From NCBI GenBank assembly GCA_021734945.1, contig JAIPIA010000001.1:244415-308414 (forward strand): 64,000 nucleotides of DNA, written 5' to 3'. How positions within the stretch are numbered: the first letter of the stretch is position 1; the number at the start of each line of letters is the position of its first letter. Position numbers and translations under genes: made by a program. Shown here piece by piece: positions 36,911 to 47,380 of this stretch. Source of the stretch: Minisyncoccota bacterium. GTDB taxonomy: Bacteria > Patescibacteriota > Minisyncoccia > Phycocordibacterales > CAIZLB01. The notes beneath the pieces were generated by a model that was not told where the DNA came from, ran no database searches, and saw nothing but the letters and a program-made list of their open reading frames with translations.

Positions 36911-39868
36911 TTAATACATCCTATTCTTCCTCTGCTTCAAAACTTTCGCCAAGTACTGCCCTGTATAACTCTTCTCAACGTTCGCAACTTCCTCTGGAGT
37001 TCCCTTTGCTACAACGTTACCACCCTTCACTCCACCTTCTGGACCAATATCGATAATGTAATCAGAACATTTAATAATATCCATACTGTGTTCGATAACT
37101 ACAACAGTGTTACCTTTTTGCACAAGCTTTTGCATGATTTCAATAAGCTTTCGTACGTCTTCGTAGTGAAGTCCAATAGTTGGTTCGTCGAGTAGATAAA
37201 TAGTTTTCTGAACATGCGGTCGATAGAGCTCAGCTGAGACTTTTACACGCTGTGCCTCTCCTCCAGAAAGCGTAGTGGCAGACTGACCAAGCTTGAGATA
37301 TCCGAGACCTACTTCATTGAGAGTTTGAAGTCGATCTGAAATAGACGGAATATCTTCGAAAAACGTCATTGCCTCTTCAATAGTCATTTCAAGTACTTCA
37401 AAAATATTCTTTTTTTTGTACTTAACTTCGAGAGTTTCTTTCATAAAACGCTTACCTAAACACACATCACACTGTACATATACCGTTGGGAGAAAATGCA
37501 TTTCTACTTCAATCATTCCATTACCCTGACATGTTTCGCATCGTCCACCTTTTACGTTGAATGAAAAACGACTCGCTCCCCAGCCTCGCGCTTTTGCCTC
37601 TGAGGTTTCAGCAAACATTTCTCGAACATGAGTCCATGCACCAGTATATGTAGCTGGGTTTGAACGTGGAGTTCGTCCAATAGGACTTTGGTCAATGAGA
37701 ATAGTTCGTCCAAGATACTCAGTACCACTGAAGCTTGTACAATTATATATGTTTGCAGTTCGATGATCTCTATCGAGTCGTGCTAACAGATTTTTGTGGA
37801 GAATTTCATACACAAATGAAGATTTACCAGAACCTGACACTCCAGTAACGGTAGTGAGTCGCCCTAGTGGAACATCAATATTCATATTTTTAATATTATT
37901 CACATTTCCTCCTGTGATTTTAAGCCAACCTTTGTTTTCATCACGTCGTCGTTCTGGCACTTCTACTACTCGTGTACCTCGAAGATAGTCGAGTGTTACT
38001 GACTCTGTAGGATTTTTCTTTGCAGTGAGTAATTCTTCAAGCCATCCAGCAGCAACCACATGTCCACCATGTACGCCAGCTCCTGGACCAATATCTACGA
38101 TGTAGTCTGCGGCAAAAATAGTATCTTCATCGTGCTCAACAACAATCACAGTATTACCCATATCTCGAAGCTGCACGAGAGTTTTGATAAGTCGGTCATT
38201 ATCACGCTGGTGAAGTCCAATAGTTGGCTCATCGAGTACGTAAAGCGCACCTACGAGTCCAGAACCAAGTTGTGACGCAAGACGAATACGTTGTGCTTCA
38301 CCCCCAGAAAGAGTGTTCGCTTTTCGATCGAGTGAAAGATAATCAATACCCACATCGTTCATAAAAACGAGTCGTGACATGATCTCTTTTATAATCACTC
38401 GTGAAATTTCTTGTTCTTTTTGATTTAATGGAAGTGTACTGAAAAATTCAAGTGAGTCTGCAATAGACATTGCAGTAAGGTCAACAATGTTGATTTTTAC
38501 ATCGCCATTTTTATCAATGCCTTTTGTCTCACCAGATTTTGGTGCGGCGTTTTTTGCGTCTTTTGCAGAAACCTTAGAGTCACCAAAATTTGCAACATGC
38601 TTTCCAACAAGAAATACATGCAATGCCTCAGGTCGAAGTCGTGCACCCTTACATACAGCACAAGGATCTTTTATGAAAAATTCACGAGTACCCAAACCAT
38701 TACATTCAGGACACGCACCATACGGAGAGTTGAATGAGAAAAGTCGTGGTTCAACTTCTGGAAATGAAAATCCGTCATGAGGACACATAAACTTTGATGA
38801 GATGAGGTGATTACCAACTGTCTGATCTTTGGCTTTTGGATCATGTTCATCTGTAATAATTCGAAGAAGTCCATCTGCTTCGTGAAGTGCTCGCTCTACT
38901 GCTTCATTAAGTCGCTCTCGGAATGCTGGAGTATTTTCCAAAATTTCAGAATAGTAAAATTGGTCAACAAGAACATCAATATCATGCTTCTTTGTTTTTG
39001 AAAGCACGATTTGTTCTCGAAGTTTCTTTGTAACACCATCAACTCGTACTTCACTGTACCCTTTTCCAAGTAGATCGTAGAGCATCTGATAGTACTCACC
39101 TTTTCGTCCAACAACTAGCGGTGCATACACTTTGAACACTCGATTATCAAGAGTGACGCCCATAACAGTTTTTGTACCTTCCGCACCAGACGCGCCATTT
39201 GTGCCGCCCTTTTTCTTGAGAAGTGCTTTTGTTTTAGTTCCACCGACACTGTCAGGTTTCTTTTCACCTGTTACAGCATCAACAGATCCAGCTACCAATT
39301 CACCATTTGTATCAACACCAGCATCATGCGCTGTACTTTGAACAGTATTAAAAATAGTTTGGAGAATTTCTTCTTTTGAAAGTTTTTTTATTTCACGTCC
39401 GCACTCTAGACAATGAGGCTTTCCAATTCGTGCAAAAAGAATACGTAAGTAGTCGTAAATCTCAGTAATAGTCGCCACTGTTGAACGTGGGTTATTTGAT
39501 CGAGATTTTTGATCAATAGAAATAGCTGGAGAAAGACCGATGATTTCATCAACATCAGGCTTTTGCATTTGTCGAAGAAATTGTCGTGCGTATGATGAAA
39601 GTGATTCAACATATCGTCGCTGACCTTCGGCAAAAATAGTATCGAATGCAAGCGATGATTTTCCAGAACCAGAGAGTCCAGTGATCACCACCATCTTATT
39701 TCGAGGCATCTCTACTGTGATGTTCTTGAGGTTATGAGTTCGCGCACCACGCACAATAAGCATGTCACCAGCTCCAGCTGACATGTCTGTTTTTGTAGCT
39801 TTTATGGGCGCGTTTTTCTTGTCGCCTTTGTGCCCGCTTGATGTGTGTGAATGGTTTTGTGCGCTCAT
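36911..39868 (-). CDS. uvrA: Excinuclease ABC subunit A.
   Basis: Two ABC ATPase modules ([17 protein letters not shown] twice), zinc-finger insertions, and the [13 protein letters not shown] start. Confidence 0.95.
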   Translation of the reverse strand: MSAQNHSHTSSGHKGDKKNAPIKATKTDMSAGAGDMLIVRGARTHNLKNITVEMPRNKMVVITGLSGSGKSSLAFDTIFAEGQRRYVESLSSYARQFLRQMQKPDVDEIIGLSPAISIDQKSRSNNPRSTVATITEIYDYLRILFARIGKPHCLECGREIKKLSKEEILQTIFNTVQSTAHDAGVDTNGELVAGSVDAVTGEKKPDSVGGTKTKALLKKKGGTNGASGAEGTKTVMGVTLDNRVFKVYAPLVVGRKGEYYQMLYDLLGKGYSEVRVDGVTKKLREQIVLSKTKKHDIDVLVDQFYYSEILENTPAFRERLNEAVERALHEADGLLRIITDEHDPKAKDQTVGNHLISSKFMCPHDGFSFPEVEPRLFSFNSPYGACPECNGLGTREFFIKDPCAVCKGARLRPEALHVFLVGKHVANFGDSKVSAKDAKNAAPKSGETKGIDKNGDVKINIVDLTAMSIADSLEFFSTLPLNQKEQEISRVIIKEIMSRLVFMNDVGIDYLSLDRKANTLSGGEAQRIRLASQLGSGLVGALYVLDEPTIGLHQRDNDRLIKTLVQLRDMGNTVIVVEHDEDTIFAADYIVDIGPGAGVHGGHVVAAGWLEELLTAKKNPTESVTLDYLRGTRVVEVPERRRDENKGWLKITGGNVNNIKNMNIDVPLGRLTTVTGVSGSGKSSFVYEILHKNLLARLDRDHRTANIYNCTSFSGTEYLGRTILIDQSPIGRTPRSNPATYTGAWTHVREMFAETSEAKARGWGASRFSFNVKGGRCETCQGNGMIEVEMHFLPTVYVQCDVCLGKRFMKETLEVKYKKKNIFEVLEMTIEEAMTFFEDIPSISDRLQTLNEVGLGYLKLGQSATTLSGGEAQRVKVSAELYRPHVQKTIYLLDEPTIGLHYEDVRKLIEIMQKLVQKGNTVVVIEHSMDIIKCSDYIIDIGPEGGVKGGNVVAKGTPEEVANVEKSYTGQYLAKVLKQRKNRMY

Positions 39869-39902
39869 AAATGTGTGCGTAGTATATGCTTTTTATATGA
39901 AA

Positions 39903-39942
39903 ATGTAAAAACCCCCTTTCGTCGTGTACGACTACTCGGGGG
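39903..39942 (-). terminator. Rho-independent terminator (minus strand) after the GC-rich kinase gene.
   Basis: CCCCC...GGGGG stem with an inner GTCG/CGAC helix, followed on the minus strand by UUUUUACAUUUU. Confidence 0.55.
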
Positions 39943-39969
39943 CCTAAGCGAGATCGAGACTCGCCTACT

Positions 39970-40683
39970 TTACGCAATCAGTTTGAGATGCAGATCATTG
40001 TGGTGACCAGCGGACGTAGCCAAGGAGATGAATGTCTCTTGAACAGTTTCCTTGGAATCCACTTCGATGACTTTGAAGTCGCAGTATTGACGGAATGCAG
40101 TCAACACGCCCTCAACTTCCGCTTCATAGATTTCGACTCGACGACGGTTCTTTACCTCATCCAAATCAGTTGGACGAGGGGTTCGGCCAGCGGCGATATC
40201 TTCCTCGGCGCGTTTGCGTTGGCGAAGAACTGCGTCGTCTGCTGTAAGCTTGATTTTCGCGACAACAAATGGGATCAGGCCTTCCATGAAATACTCCACT
40301 TTTTGGAAAGCGAAGTGGACCTGCGCGGCCATACGGAAAATACCGCTGGCCACGATCGGTTCATCCTTGTTGATGGACTGCATATAGCGCTCAAAGCGCG
40401 GCAGAATTTCTTCATCAGGGACGAGTTCTCCTTTGCTGCTGCATTCGGCAAACAAGTTGCCGAAGCTCGTGTCGAATGCCGATGCGACTTTGCAAACCCT
40501 GCTCATGTCAACGAAGTGAGATGAGGGGTTGAGCAAGGAAGCGAGCATTCGACCGTGTGTTGTCTTACCTGATCCTGGAGCTCCGAAGATCACGTAACTG
40601 GGGTGTGCTGTTTTCAACATAATGGACTGAGTGCTAGTGTTGGTGGTTCTGGGTGAAATGAAAAGCTTGACTGAATTAGCCAA
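39970..40683 (-). CDS. Divergent GC-rich P-loop nucleoside monophosphate kinase (adenylate-kinase-like) paralog.
   Basis: VIFGAPGSGKTTHGRMLA (P-loop) and LVPDEEI, but it lacks the canonical DGFPRT motif. G+C is much higher than in the adjacent adk. Confidence 0.55.
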   Translation of the reverse strand: MANSVKLFISPRTTNTSTQSIMLKTAHPSYVIFGAPGSGKTTHGRMLASLLNPSSHFVDMSRVCKVASAFDTSFGNLFAECSSKGELVPDEEILPRFERYMQSINKDEPIVASGIFRMAAQVHFAFQKVEYFMEGLIPFVVAKIKLTADDAVLRQRKRAEEDIAAGRTPRPTDLDEVKNRRRVEIYEAEVEGVLTAFRQYCDFKVIEVDSKETVQETFISLATSAGHHNDLHLKLIA

Positions 40684-40741
40684 GCGCTAGCACTATAACA
40701 CGCAACACCATACCAATCAATAATTAAGATAAGAGCAAAAA

Positions 40742-41431
40742 CTACTCAAACAACCTTTCCAACACATCACTGTGCACCTCATGAATCTGTTTAGCTCCGT
40801 CAAATTCATGTAAGTGTGCTTTTCCTTCAAACGCCGCATTGAGATGTGGAATACTGTTGAAATAAATACCAAGTCGCTGTGCAATAGCTTCTGGAGTGTC
40901 ATCAACACGAGCTTCCTTCCCTACTTTTATTAAACCCTCTGCGCGATCAAGACATCGCTTCATTGCATCAGCGTGTTCAAGCTTCATTCGTACGATTGCA
41001 ATCGGTGCTTCTTCCATTCCGTGATACACACGTGAAAGTTCATACAAATGCTGAGTTTGTAAACTAGTTCGTGGAAATCCATCAAATATTAAAACTTCTT
41101 TTGTATCTCCGCTTTGCTGTTTTTTTGAAAAATAATCTTTGAGAATTTCAAAAGTTAATTCGTCAGGAATAAGAACACCTGAGTACATCATTTGCAATGC
41201 CTCTTTATGTTCTGGCTTTTCACTAAATGGAAGTATACTTCGCAAAATATCTCCTACAGATGCATATTCAGCATCAATTTTATCTAAAATAAGTTTCAAC
41301 TGTGTAGTCTTACCAGACCCCTGTGGACCTGTGAGCGCAAGTACTTTGTATTTTGGTTTAAGTTTTTTTGAGTGCGGTGAGTGTGTTGAATTTGTTGAAT
41401 CTGATGTGTGCGGCTGATGTGATGTGGACAT
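40742..41431 (-). CDS. adk: Adenylate kinase with a Ser/Thr/His-rich N-terminal extension.
   Basis: GPQGSGKTTQ, LIPDEL, IFDGFPRT and RVDDTPEAIAQRL. Confidence 0.85.
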   Translation of the reverse strand: MSTSHQPHTSDSTNSTHSPHSKKLKPKYKVLALTGPQGSGKTTQLKLILDKIDAEYASVGDILRSILPFSEKPEHKEALQMMYSGVLIPDELTFEILKDYFSKKQQSGDTKEVLIFDGFPRTSLQTQHLYELSRVYHGMEEAPIAIVRMKLEHADAMKRCLDRAEGLIKVGKEARVDDTPEAIAQRLGIYFNSIPHLNAAFEGKAHLHEFDGAKQIHEVHSDVLERLFE

Positions 41432-41664
41432 TTATGTGCGTGTTTTATGGAAATATTTTTGAAATAATATATGTACGTTTTGCATATATTTCTAGAGGGG
41501 TGGTGAAATATTCTCAATTTTCCACTTCTAGATATGCATTTTATATGTAAATGTGAAAATTACAAAACATCCCGAATATTAGCCATTACTTCAGCTTTTA
41601 TTGCAATATTCCCTTAGACTGCTATATTTGCCTTAGAAAAAAGTGAGCGAACAACCACTTAACT

Positions 41665-42528
41665 TTGGGTAAGGAAAAATTCAACAACCAAAACAACAAT
41701 ATGAAAACAAAACTGAACCCTCTGAGAAAGACGGTTCGCCGTTTTGTCTCAGTTGGAGAACAGAGATGGCTTCGCAAGATCCGTAAGGACGAGCAAGACC
41801 ATATGGATGAATTAGATCCAAGTACTCGGGTTAAAAGACCCAAGAAACCCGAGGAAAGTTCCTTTGTAAAGTTTATGAATCAGCTTAAGATGAGAGGTCC
41901 TAAAACACCTAACCTCTACGATCAATGGACAAAAGAGATTCATGAACGTATGCGGGAAAAAGGTACCTGGCCGACAGGCATGACTGACTGGGACCTCAAC
42001 ATTCTAGCTCAGTATCTCCAAGAACTTATGAAGAAATTTTGGAGATCAGTACCTCAACAGATACGCGAAAGAACTTTGTTTAAATGGTGCGATTCCTATG
42101 CTCACGATATGTGGGAGCGATGGACAGAGGTATTCGATTGCCCTGGTGTCAAACTCTTTAAAGACTATGACGCGCAACAGCAGGCTAAGATTTCCTTTGT
42201 GCGATCACTCAGAACCTACAAAAAGATTCACCACAGAATCCGCGAACATGGACGACGTAAAAAATTGTTCATCATGGCAACTTGGTCGCAACGAAGGAGT
42301 CTAACCCGTAACTACATTGATCACTACCCTGCAAGTGGGCACGGTAGATTTAGAGTTTGGAGTGAACACGACTGGGCAATCATGTACGAATCCTATGTTA
42401 AAGTCTCTCCTATTCTGATCATGCCTCACGTTATAAAAAAACTTGATCGCATAGATGATAACCACTGGACAGAACAGCGTATTCCGAAGTCAATGACCGA
42501 GGAAGAGCTCATGACCGCATTACTTTGA
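41665..42528 (+). CDS. GC-rich Trp/Arg-rich hypothetical protein (287 aa). The start is possibly the internal Met at about 41701.
   Basis: Isolated plus-strand ORF with elevated G+C; no recognised motif. Confidence 0.45.
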   Translation: MGKEKFNNQNNNMKTKLNPLRKTVRRFVSVGEQRWLRKIRKDEQDHMDELDPSTRVKRPKKPEESSFVKFMNQLKMRGPKTPNLYDQWTKEIHERMREKGTWPTGMTDWDLNILAQYLQELMKKFWRSVPQQIRERTLFKWCDSYAHDMWERWTEVFDCPGVKLFKDYDAQQQAKISFVRSLRTYKKIHHRIREHGRRKKLFIMATWSQRRSLTRNYIDHYPASGHGRFRVWSEHDWAIMYESYVKVSPILIMPHVIKKLDRIDDNHWTEQRIPKSMTEEELMTALL

Positions 42529-42574
42529 AATATAGGTGGTGCGGTTTTTGCTTTTTTTGACCTTTAAATTCGCA

Positions 42575-45500
42575 TTACTGCAAACTCTGTCTCTTCGCCC
42601 GAATCCCCTTTACATCATCTTTACGTTTTTTTTCCGCGCGTTTTGCGTCACTTTCAAGTCGGGCTTTCATAGCTTTAATTTCATCACGTAAAATAGCAGC
42701 GGTTTCAAAATCAAGCTGTGCAACAGCTTCATCCATTTGAATTTCTTTAGCTCGAATAAACTTCTTTGGATCTTTATTAAATTCACTCGCATCGAGCACA
42801 AGTAAATTGTTTACAGTTTTCTGATGTTCACTCAAAATCTGCTCAGTAATATCCTGAATCTTTTTAGCAATAGTCTTTGGGGTAATACCATGCTCCGCAT
42901 TGTAAGCAAGCTGAATATCACGTCGTCGGTTTGTCTCTTTTATGGCTCGCTCCATTGAACCGGTCATCTGATCAGCATAGAGAATAACTCGTCCATCTAC
43001 GTTTCGCGCAGCACGACCGATAGTCTGAATGAGTGCTGTTTCAGAACGCAAAAATCCTTCTTTATCGGCATCGAGAATTCCAATCAAAGAAACCTCTGGC
43101 AAGTCGAGACCTTCTCGAAGTAGGTTTACTCCAACAAGAACATCGAACTTCCCTTTTCGAAACTCCGTCAAAATCTGAATACGATCAAGCGTCTCAATAT
43201 CACTGTGTATATAGTTTGTTTTAATTCCTCTTTCTTTGAGGAATTCTGTGAGGTCCTCCGCCATCTTTTTCGTAAGTGTTGTAGCAATTGCTCGCTGTCC
43301 ACGGACAATAACTTTTTCAGCTTCTTCAATGAAGTCAAAAATTTGCCCTACGTATTCTGCATTTTTTATTTTTTTTGCAGATTTTGCATTCTCTTTTGTT
43401 TCTTCTGGAGTTGCTCCCTTTTTACCTTTTGATTCATTTTTGAGATTTTCTTCAGCTTTACTTCCATGAGCAAGAGCTGTAATAGGCTTTACGACAAGTA
43501 CAGGATCAATAAGTCCAGTTGGACGAATAATCTGTTCTGCAATGTTTTGACTGTGTTCATACTCGTATGCACCAGGTGTGGCAGATGTATATATGAGCTG
43601 ACCAACTCGTTCTTCGAACTCAGCAAACTTAAGTGGTCGATTATCAGCAGCTGATGGAAGTCGAAAACCGAAATCAATAAGGTTTTTCTTTCGTGAAGCA
43701 TCACCCGCAAACATTCCACCAATCTGTGGAATGGCCACGTGTGATTCATCAACAACAGTTAGAAAATCTGGTACCTTTTTATTTTCAAGTTTACCTGTCT
43801 TAGGATTTTTTACTTGAATAGTTTTATGTGGAAAATATGAAAGCAATGTATCAGGCGCTTCCCCGGGAGCCTTTCCAGCAAAGTGTCTTGAGTAATTTTC
43901 AATACCACTGCAATATCCAACTTCACGTATAAGTGCAAGGTCATATGTTGTTCGTCGCTTGATTCGCTCTGCTTCTATAATTTTTCCAGCGTCCAAAAGT
44001 TTTTTTACCTGTATCTCCATCTCAGCTTTAATATCATCTATTGCTCGCTGTCGTTCATCCTCTGGAGTAACGAAGTGTTTAGCTGGAAATACAAAAAAAG
44101 CGTCCACTTCACCTTGGATAGCACGAGTAATGGCATCAATTTGTAAAATTTCCTCTATCACACTGAAACCTGGCGCCTGACCAATACCAAACGCTAATCG
44201 ATATACAACACGTTCATTCACAGGCATGATTTCCATAGTGTTTCCAACAGCACGGAATGTACCAGGAGTAAGATCTGCATTTGTTCTTGTAAATTGGAGA
44301 GAAATCAGTCGTCGGATAAATTCAGAACGATCCGCTTTCATACCTTTCTCAATTTTGAGATTTACTTTTTCATATTCTTCAGGTGAACCCAAACCGTAGA
44401 TACAAGAAACTGATGCAACAATAATCACGTCCTTACGTGTAAGGAGTGCTTGTGTTGAAGCATGCCGAAGTCGATCGATTTCCTCGTTGATCTGCGCTTC
44501 TTTTTCAATATATGTATCTGAGTGAGCGATGTATGCTTCAGGCTGATAGTAGTCATAGTACGAAACAAAATAGTGCACTGCATTTTCCGGAAAAAATTCT
44601 TTGTACTCTTGTGCAAGCTGTGCTGCGAGAGTTTTGTTGTGTGCAATTACAAGTGTAGGCTTCTGAACTTGAGCAATGACGTTAGCTGCTGTGTACGTAT
44701 TATGAACAAACATACCTCCATGACCCACTAGGAATGTTTCATTATCCTCTACTGAGAAATCGTATACATATTTTTCTCCTTCGATTTCTTGTATTTTCTT
44801 TACAGGTGACCAAAAGACATTTAACATGTTTTCTTTTTCAGCAATTTCTGAAGCAACAGACTCAAATTTTGAACTCAATTTCTTATTCAACGTCATATTC
44901 TTAGTTTTAAAGTAGGACAATATTGCAGTTGCAACATCTCTAGATGGCATTCTTAAACTTGATTCATAAAAAGAAATTAAAGATCTTGATATATTACAAT
45001 GATTAGCTAAATCTTCTTGAAATAGATTTAATTTTTCTCGCACTTCCTTAATCCAACTACCTCCAAGTGGAACAATGTCAACATTTGTATTATAAGTTGG
45101 GGCAATTTTCTCAGACAATTTTTTATTTTTTCTATTCAAACTGAATCCTATGTGTTTTTGAAATAATAAGAGATTCTTCTGACCTGATACAGTGAGCTTC
45201 CAAAAAGTATTTCTTACTTCCTTATTTGGAACTTTAACAAGTCTCTCGGAAAGACGTGTAGTGATACCGAATCTTAATAGAGCAAGAGATAATTGAGAGA
45301 TAAGTTCTTCGCTAGCTGACGTACATGTAATCTGGACACCATCAACCCCGCCATCGGCAGAGAAATAGGCCTTGAGCATTTCTGCAAGATTTTGATTTGA
45401 TAGTTGAGTCCAAAAGCTTGGTAATTTCTTATTTTGAGCATGACTTCCAAATAAGTTTTTAAATACATTCGCAATTATAGTAGAACTTGCTTGGTAATCA

Positions 45501-46720
45501 TAACTATCTTTTCTGTGAAAAACATGGAGTCCTAATTTACTTAGTGCACTTGAAAAATCAGATATTATCTCTGAATCAGCCGAAGAAATAACAATATATC
45601 CATTTGAAGCATGACCTTCAGCAATAAAATAACCAAAAAGTCGACACATTTCTTCGTCTATATTTATAAAAAGCGGAAGTGACACTTTCTTTGATTCGCT
45701 ACCAACGCCTTTTTCAAGATCAATTTCCAAAGATGGAAAATATGATGACAAAGTATCAAAATCTTGGACTTGAATTCTCTCTTCTGAATGAATCGCACTA
45801 TAGACCTTTTGATACATACCCATTTTTCTTAAACTAGCTTTTTCATGGTTAAAAATATTGAAGGGGTTTAGCATCGAACAATACATTTTTTCATGTATTG
45901 TGCAGTAATCTCTTATATTGAATGATGTAATAATGAATTTTGGCTCTGAAAGTCTTAATGGTGTTGGGACATAATCTCCTATTTGAACATCCCGAGTCTC
46001 TTTGAGAATTAGTTTGCCAGTTTTTTTATCTAAAACAAAAAAATTATGATTGTCTGTAACATTAACGTTTCGACCACAAGATGTTTCTATTTTATATAAA
46101 ACCGATGGAGAAACATGCCTTGTAAATTGCCTAATAGGCTTCCATTCAACTTCATTTGTAATAGGACTTATACTCAAGGCTTCAAAACCTAACTTTTTAG
46201 ATTCTAAAACTTCAGTATCATCTATAGTTTTAATCTCTGTATGTTTAGATAACAAATTTAAATCTATAAGCTGACCTATTCTTACAGTTTTTTCAATACC
46301 ATTTTCTCTAATATATACCTGGGTATCCCCTGTAACGCTTTTTCCTGAACCAGTCACACCAAGAAGTGTCTGATGTCGCAAACCCTTCTTTACGCCGTCC
46401 ACAAGGCTTTTTATGGCTTTTGGTTGGTCTCCAGCAGGCTTATACTCAGTGTTAAGTTTGAATCCAGCGTCACCAACAGAAGAAATATTACCCTCACTCC
46501 CAAAACCAGTTACCTGAGCATGTTCAGCGAATGAACCCTGAGTAATATCATCAGGATTATTTTTGGCATTTTTAGCAACCTCCGCCAAACGCAAAAAAGC
46601 ATCATCACGGTGTGCTTGGTTTGTTTTTTTAACCGGCTTTGGAACTTTCGGTGTTTTGACAAGTTTTTTAGGAATGTCATTTGTATTGTCTTCATAAACA
46701 CCTTTGGGCGACTTTTTCAT
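42575..46720 (-). CDS. uvrB: Excinuclease ABC subunit B interrupted by a large intein, with a Lys-rich N-terminal extension.
   Basis: Exteins: LLGVTGSGK|...|TYTAANVIAQVQKPTLVIAHNKTLAAQL, helicase motifs (DESH, GRAARN), and a C-terminal UVR domain (FETAAILRDEIKAMK). Confidence 0.9.
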   Translation of the reverse strand: MKKSPKGVYEDNTNDIPKKLVKTPKVPKPVKKTNQAHRDDAFLRLAEVAKNAKNNPDDITQGSFAEHAQVTGFGSEGNISSVGDAGFKLNTEYKPAGDQPKAIKSLVDGVKKGLRHQTLLGVTGSGKSVTGDTQVYIRENGIEKTVRIGQLIDLNLLSKHTEIKTIDDTEVLESKKLGFEALSISPITNEVEWKPIRQFTRHVSPSVLYKIETSCGRNVNVTDNHNFFVLDKKTGKLILKETRDVQIGDYVPTPLRLSEPKFIITSFNIRDYCTIHEKMYCSMLNPFNIFNHEKASLRKMGMYQKVYSAIHSEERIQVQDFDTLSSYFPSLEIDLEKGVGSESKKVSLPLFINIDEEMCRLFGYFIAEGHASNGYIVISSADSEIISDFSSALSKLGLHVFHRKDSYDYQASSTIIANVFKNLFGSHAQNKKLPSFWTQLSNQNLAEMLKAYFSADGGVDGVQITCTSASEELISQLSLALLRFGITTRLSERLVKVPNKEVRNTFWKLTVSGQKNLLLFQKHIGFSLNRKNKKLSEKIAPTYNTNVDIVPLGGSWIKEVREKLNLFQEDLANHCNISRSLISFYESSLRMPSRDVATAILSYFKTKNMTLNKKLSSKFESVASEIAEKENMLNVFWSPVKKIQEIEGEKYVYDFSVEDNETFLVGHGGMFVHNTYTAANVIAQVQKPTLVIAHNKTLAAQLAQEYKEFFPENAVHYFVSYYDYYQPEAYIAHSDTYIEKEAQINEEIDRLRHASTQALLTRKDVIIVASVSCIYGLGSPEEYEKVNLKIEKGMKADRSEFIRRLISLQFTRTNADLTPGTFRAVGNTMEIMPVNERVVYRLAFGIGQAPGFSVIEEILQIDAITRAIQGEVDAFFVFPAKHFVTPEDERQRAIDDIKAEMEIQVKKLLDAGKIIEAERIKRRTTYDLALIREVGYCSGIENYSRHFAGKAPGEAPDTLLSYFPHKTIQVKNPKTGKLENKKVPDFLTVVDESHVAIPQIGGMFAGDASRKKNLIDFGFRLPSAADNRPLKFAEFEERVGQLIYTSATPGAYEYEHSQNIAEQIIRPTGLIDPVLVVKPITALAHGSKAEENLKNESKGKKGATPEETKENAKSAKKIKNAEYVGQIFDFIEEAEKVIVRGQRAIATTLTKKMAEDLTEFLKERGIKTNYIHSDIETLDRIQILTEFRKGKFDVLVGVNLLREGLDLPEVSLIGILDADKEGFLRSETALIQTIGRAARNVDGRVILYADQMTGSMERAIKETNRRRDIQLAYNAEHGITPKTIAKKIQDITEQILSEHQKTVNNLLVLDASEFNKDPKKFIRAKEIQMDEAVAQLDFETAAILRDEIKAMKARLESDAKRAEKKRKDDVKGIRAKRQSLQ
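44699..46339 (-). mobile_element. Intein (547 aa) with a LAGLIDADG-type homing-endonuclease module, inserted in the UvrB Walker A motif.
   Basis: It begins with Ser immediately after GVTGSGK and ends ...GMFVHN, followed by Thr (+1). Removing it restores GVTGSGKTYTAANVI. The internal motifs LFGYFIAEGHASNG and LKAYFSADGGVDG are LAGLIDADG-like. Confidence 0.8.
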
Positions 46721-46834
46721 ATGGGTATCATACTAAACTTGCGGATAAGTTACAAAAGATTCAGAAAATGAAAAACCCGCCTTACAATCGGCGGGATTTC
46801 CACAGATTTGAGGCGGGGTGAGACAACTGGTAAC

Positions 46835-47239
46835 CTAACCTTCAATTTTCGGCTTTAACCAAGACCACACTGAGTCTTTGATAAACTCCAAGAAGTACAA
46901 GCAAAACGGAGTTGGAATTATAAAGATAGCGATTAGCCAACATGGCGGGTTGAGCCAGTTCGGACCAATCACAAACCCTTCCGTTACCTGATACGTGAAA
47001 TTAAACAATCCAACTACCGTATACAGCACCCATAAACTAGTGAAGGACACAGAGACGAGTGCGAAAACGAACTTGAAGAGTCCAATGAAAAACTTGGTAA
47101 GCATTGAGCCTAAACTATTTGGGTTGTCGACGACCACCTCGTTATTTTCAATGATGGAGAACCATATTGCCAGTATTCCAGCAAAAGACATTGAAATTTT
47201 GAGCCACTGAACGAGAAGATTAACTTTGAGAGTATTCAT
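46835..47239 (-). CDS. Small polytopic membrane protein, hypothetical (134 aa).
   Basis: Three or four hydrophobic helices. Confidence 0.45.
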   Translation of the reverse strand: MNTLKVNLLVQWLKISMSFAGILAIWFSIIENNEVVVDNPNSLGSMLTKFFIGLFKFVFALVSVSFTSLWVLYTVVGLFNFTYQVTEGFVIGPNWLNPPCWLIAIFIIPTPFCLYFLEFIKDSVWSWLKPKIEG

Positions 47240-47380
47240 GAGAGGAGACCAAATCGCTGAAGTTTTGAAAGACCGGCAGAATTACCGAATCTACCTTCAA
47301 TTCTTACTCTTTTAATCATTGAAGTCAACCACACTAACAGCTTGCATACATCTAAGGTAAATTTAAATCAGAACAAATAT

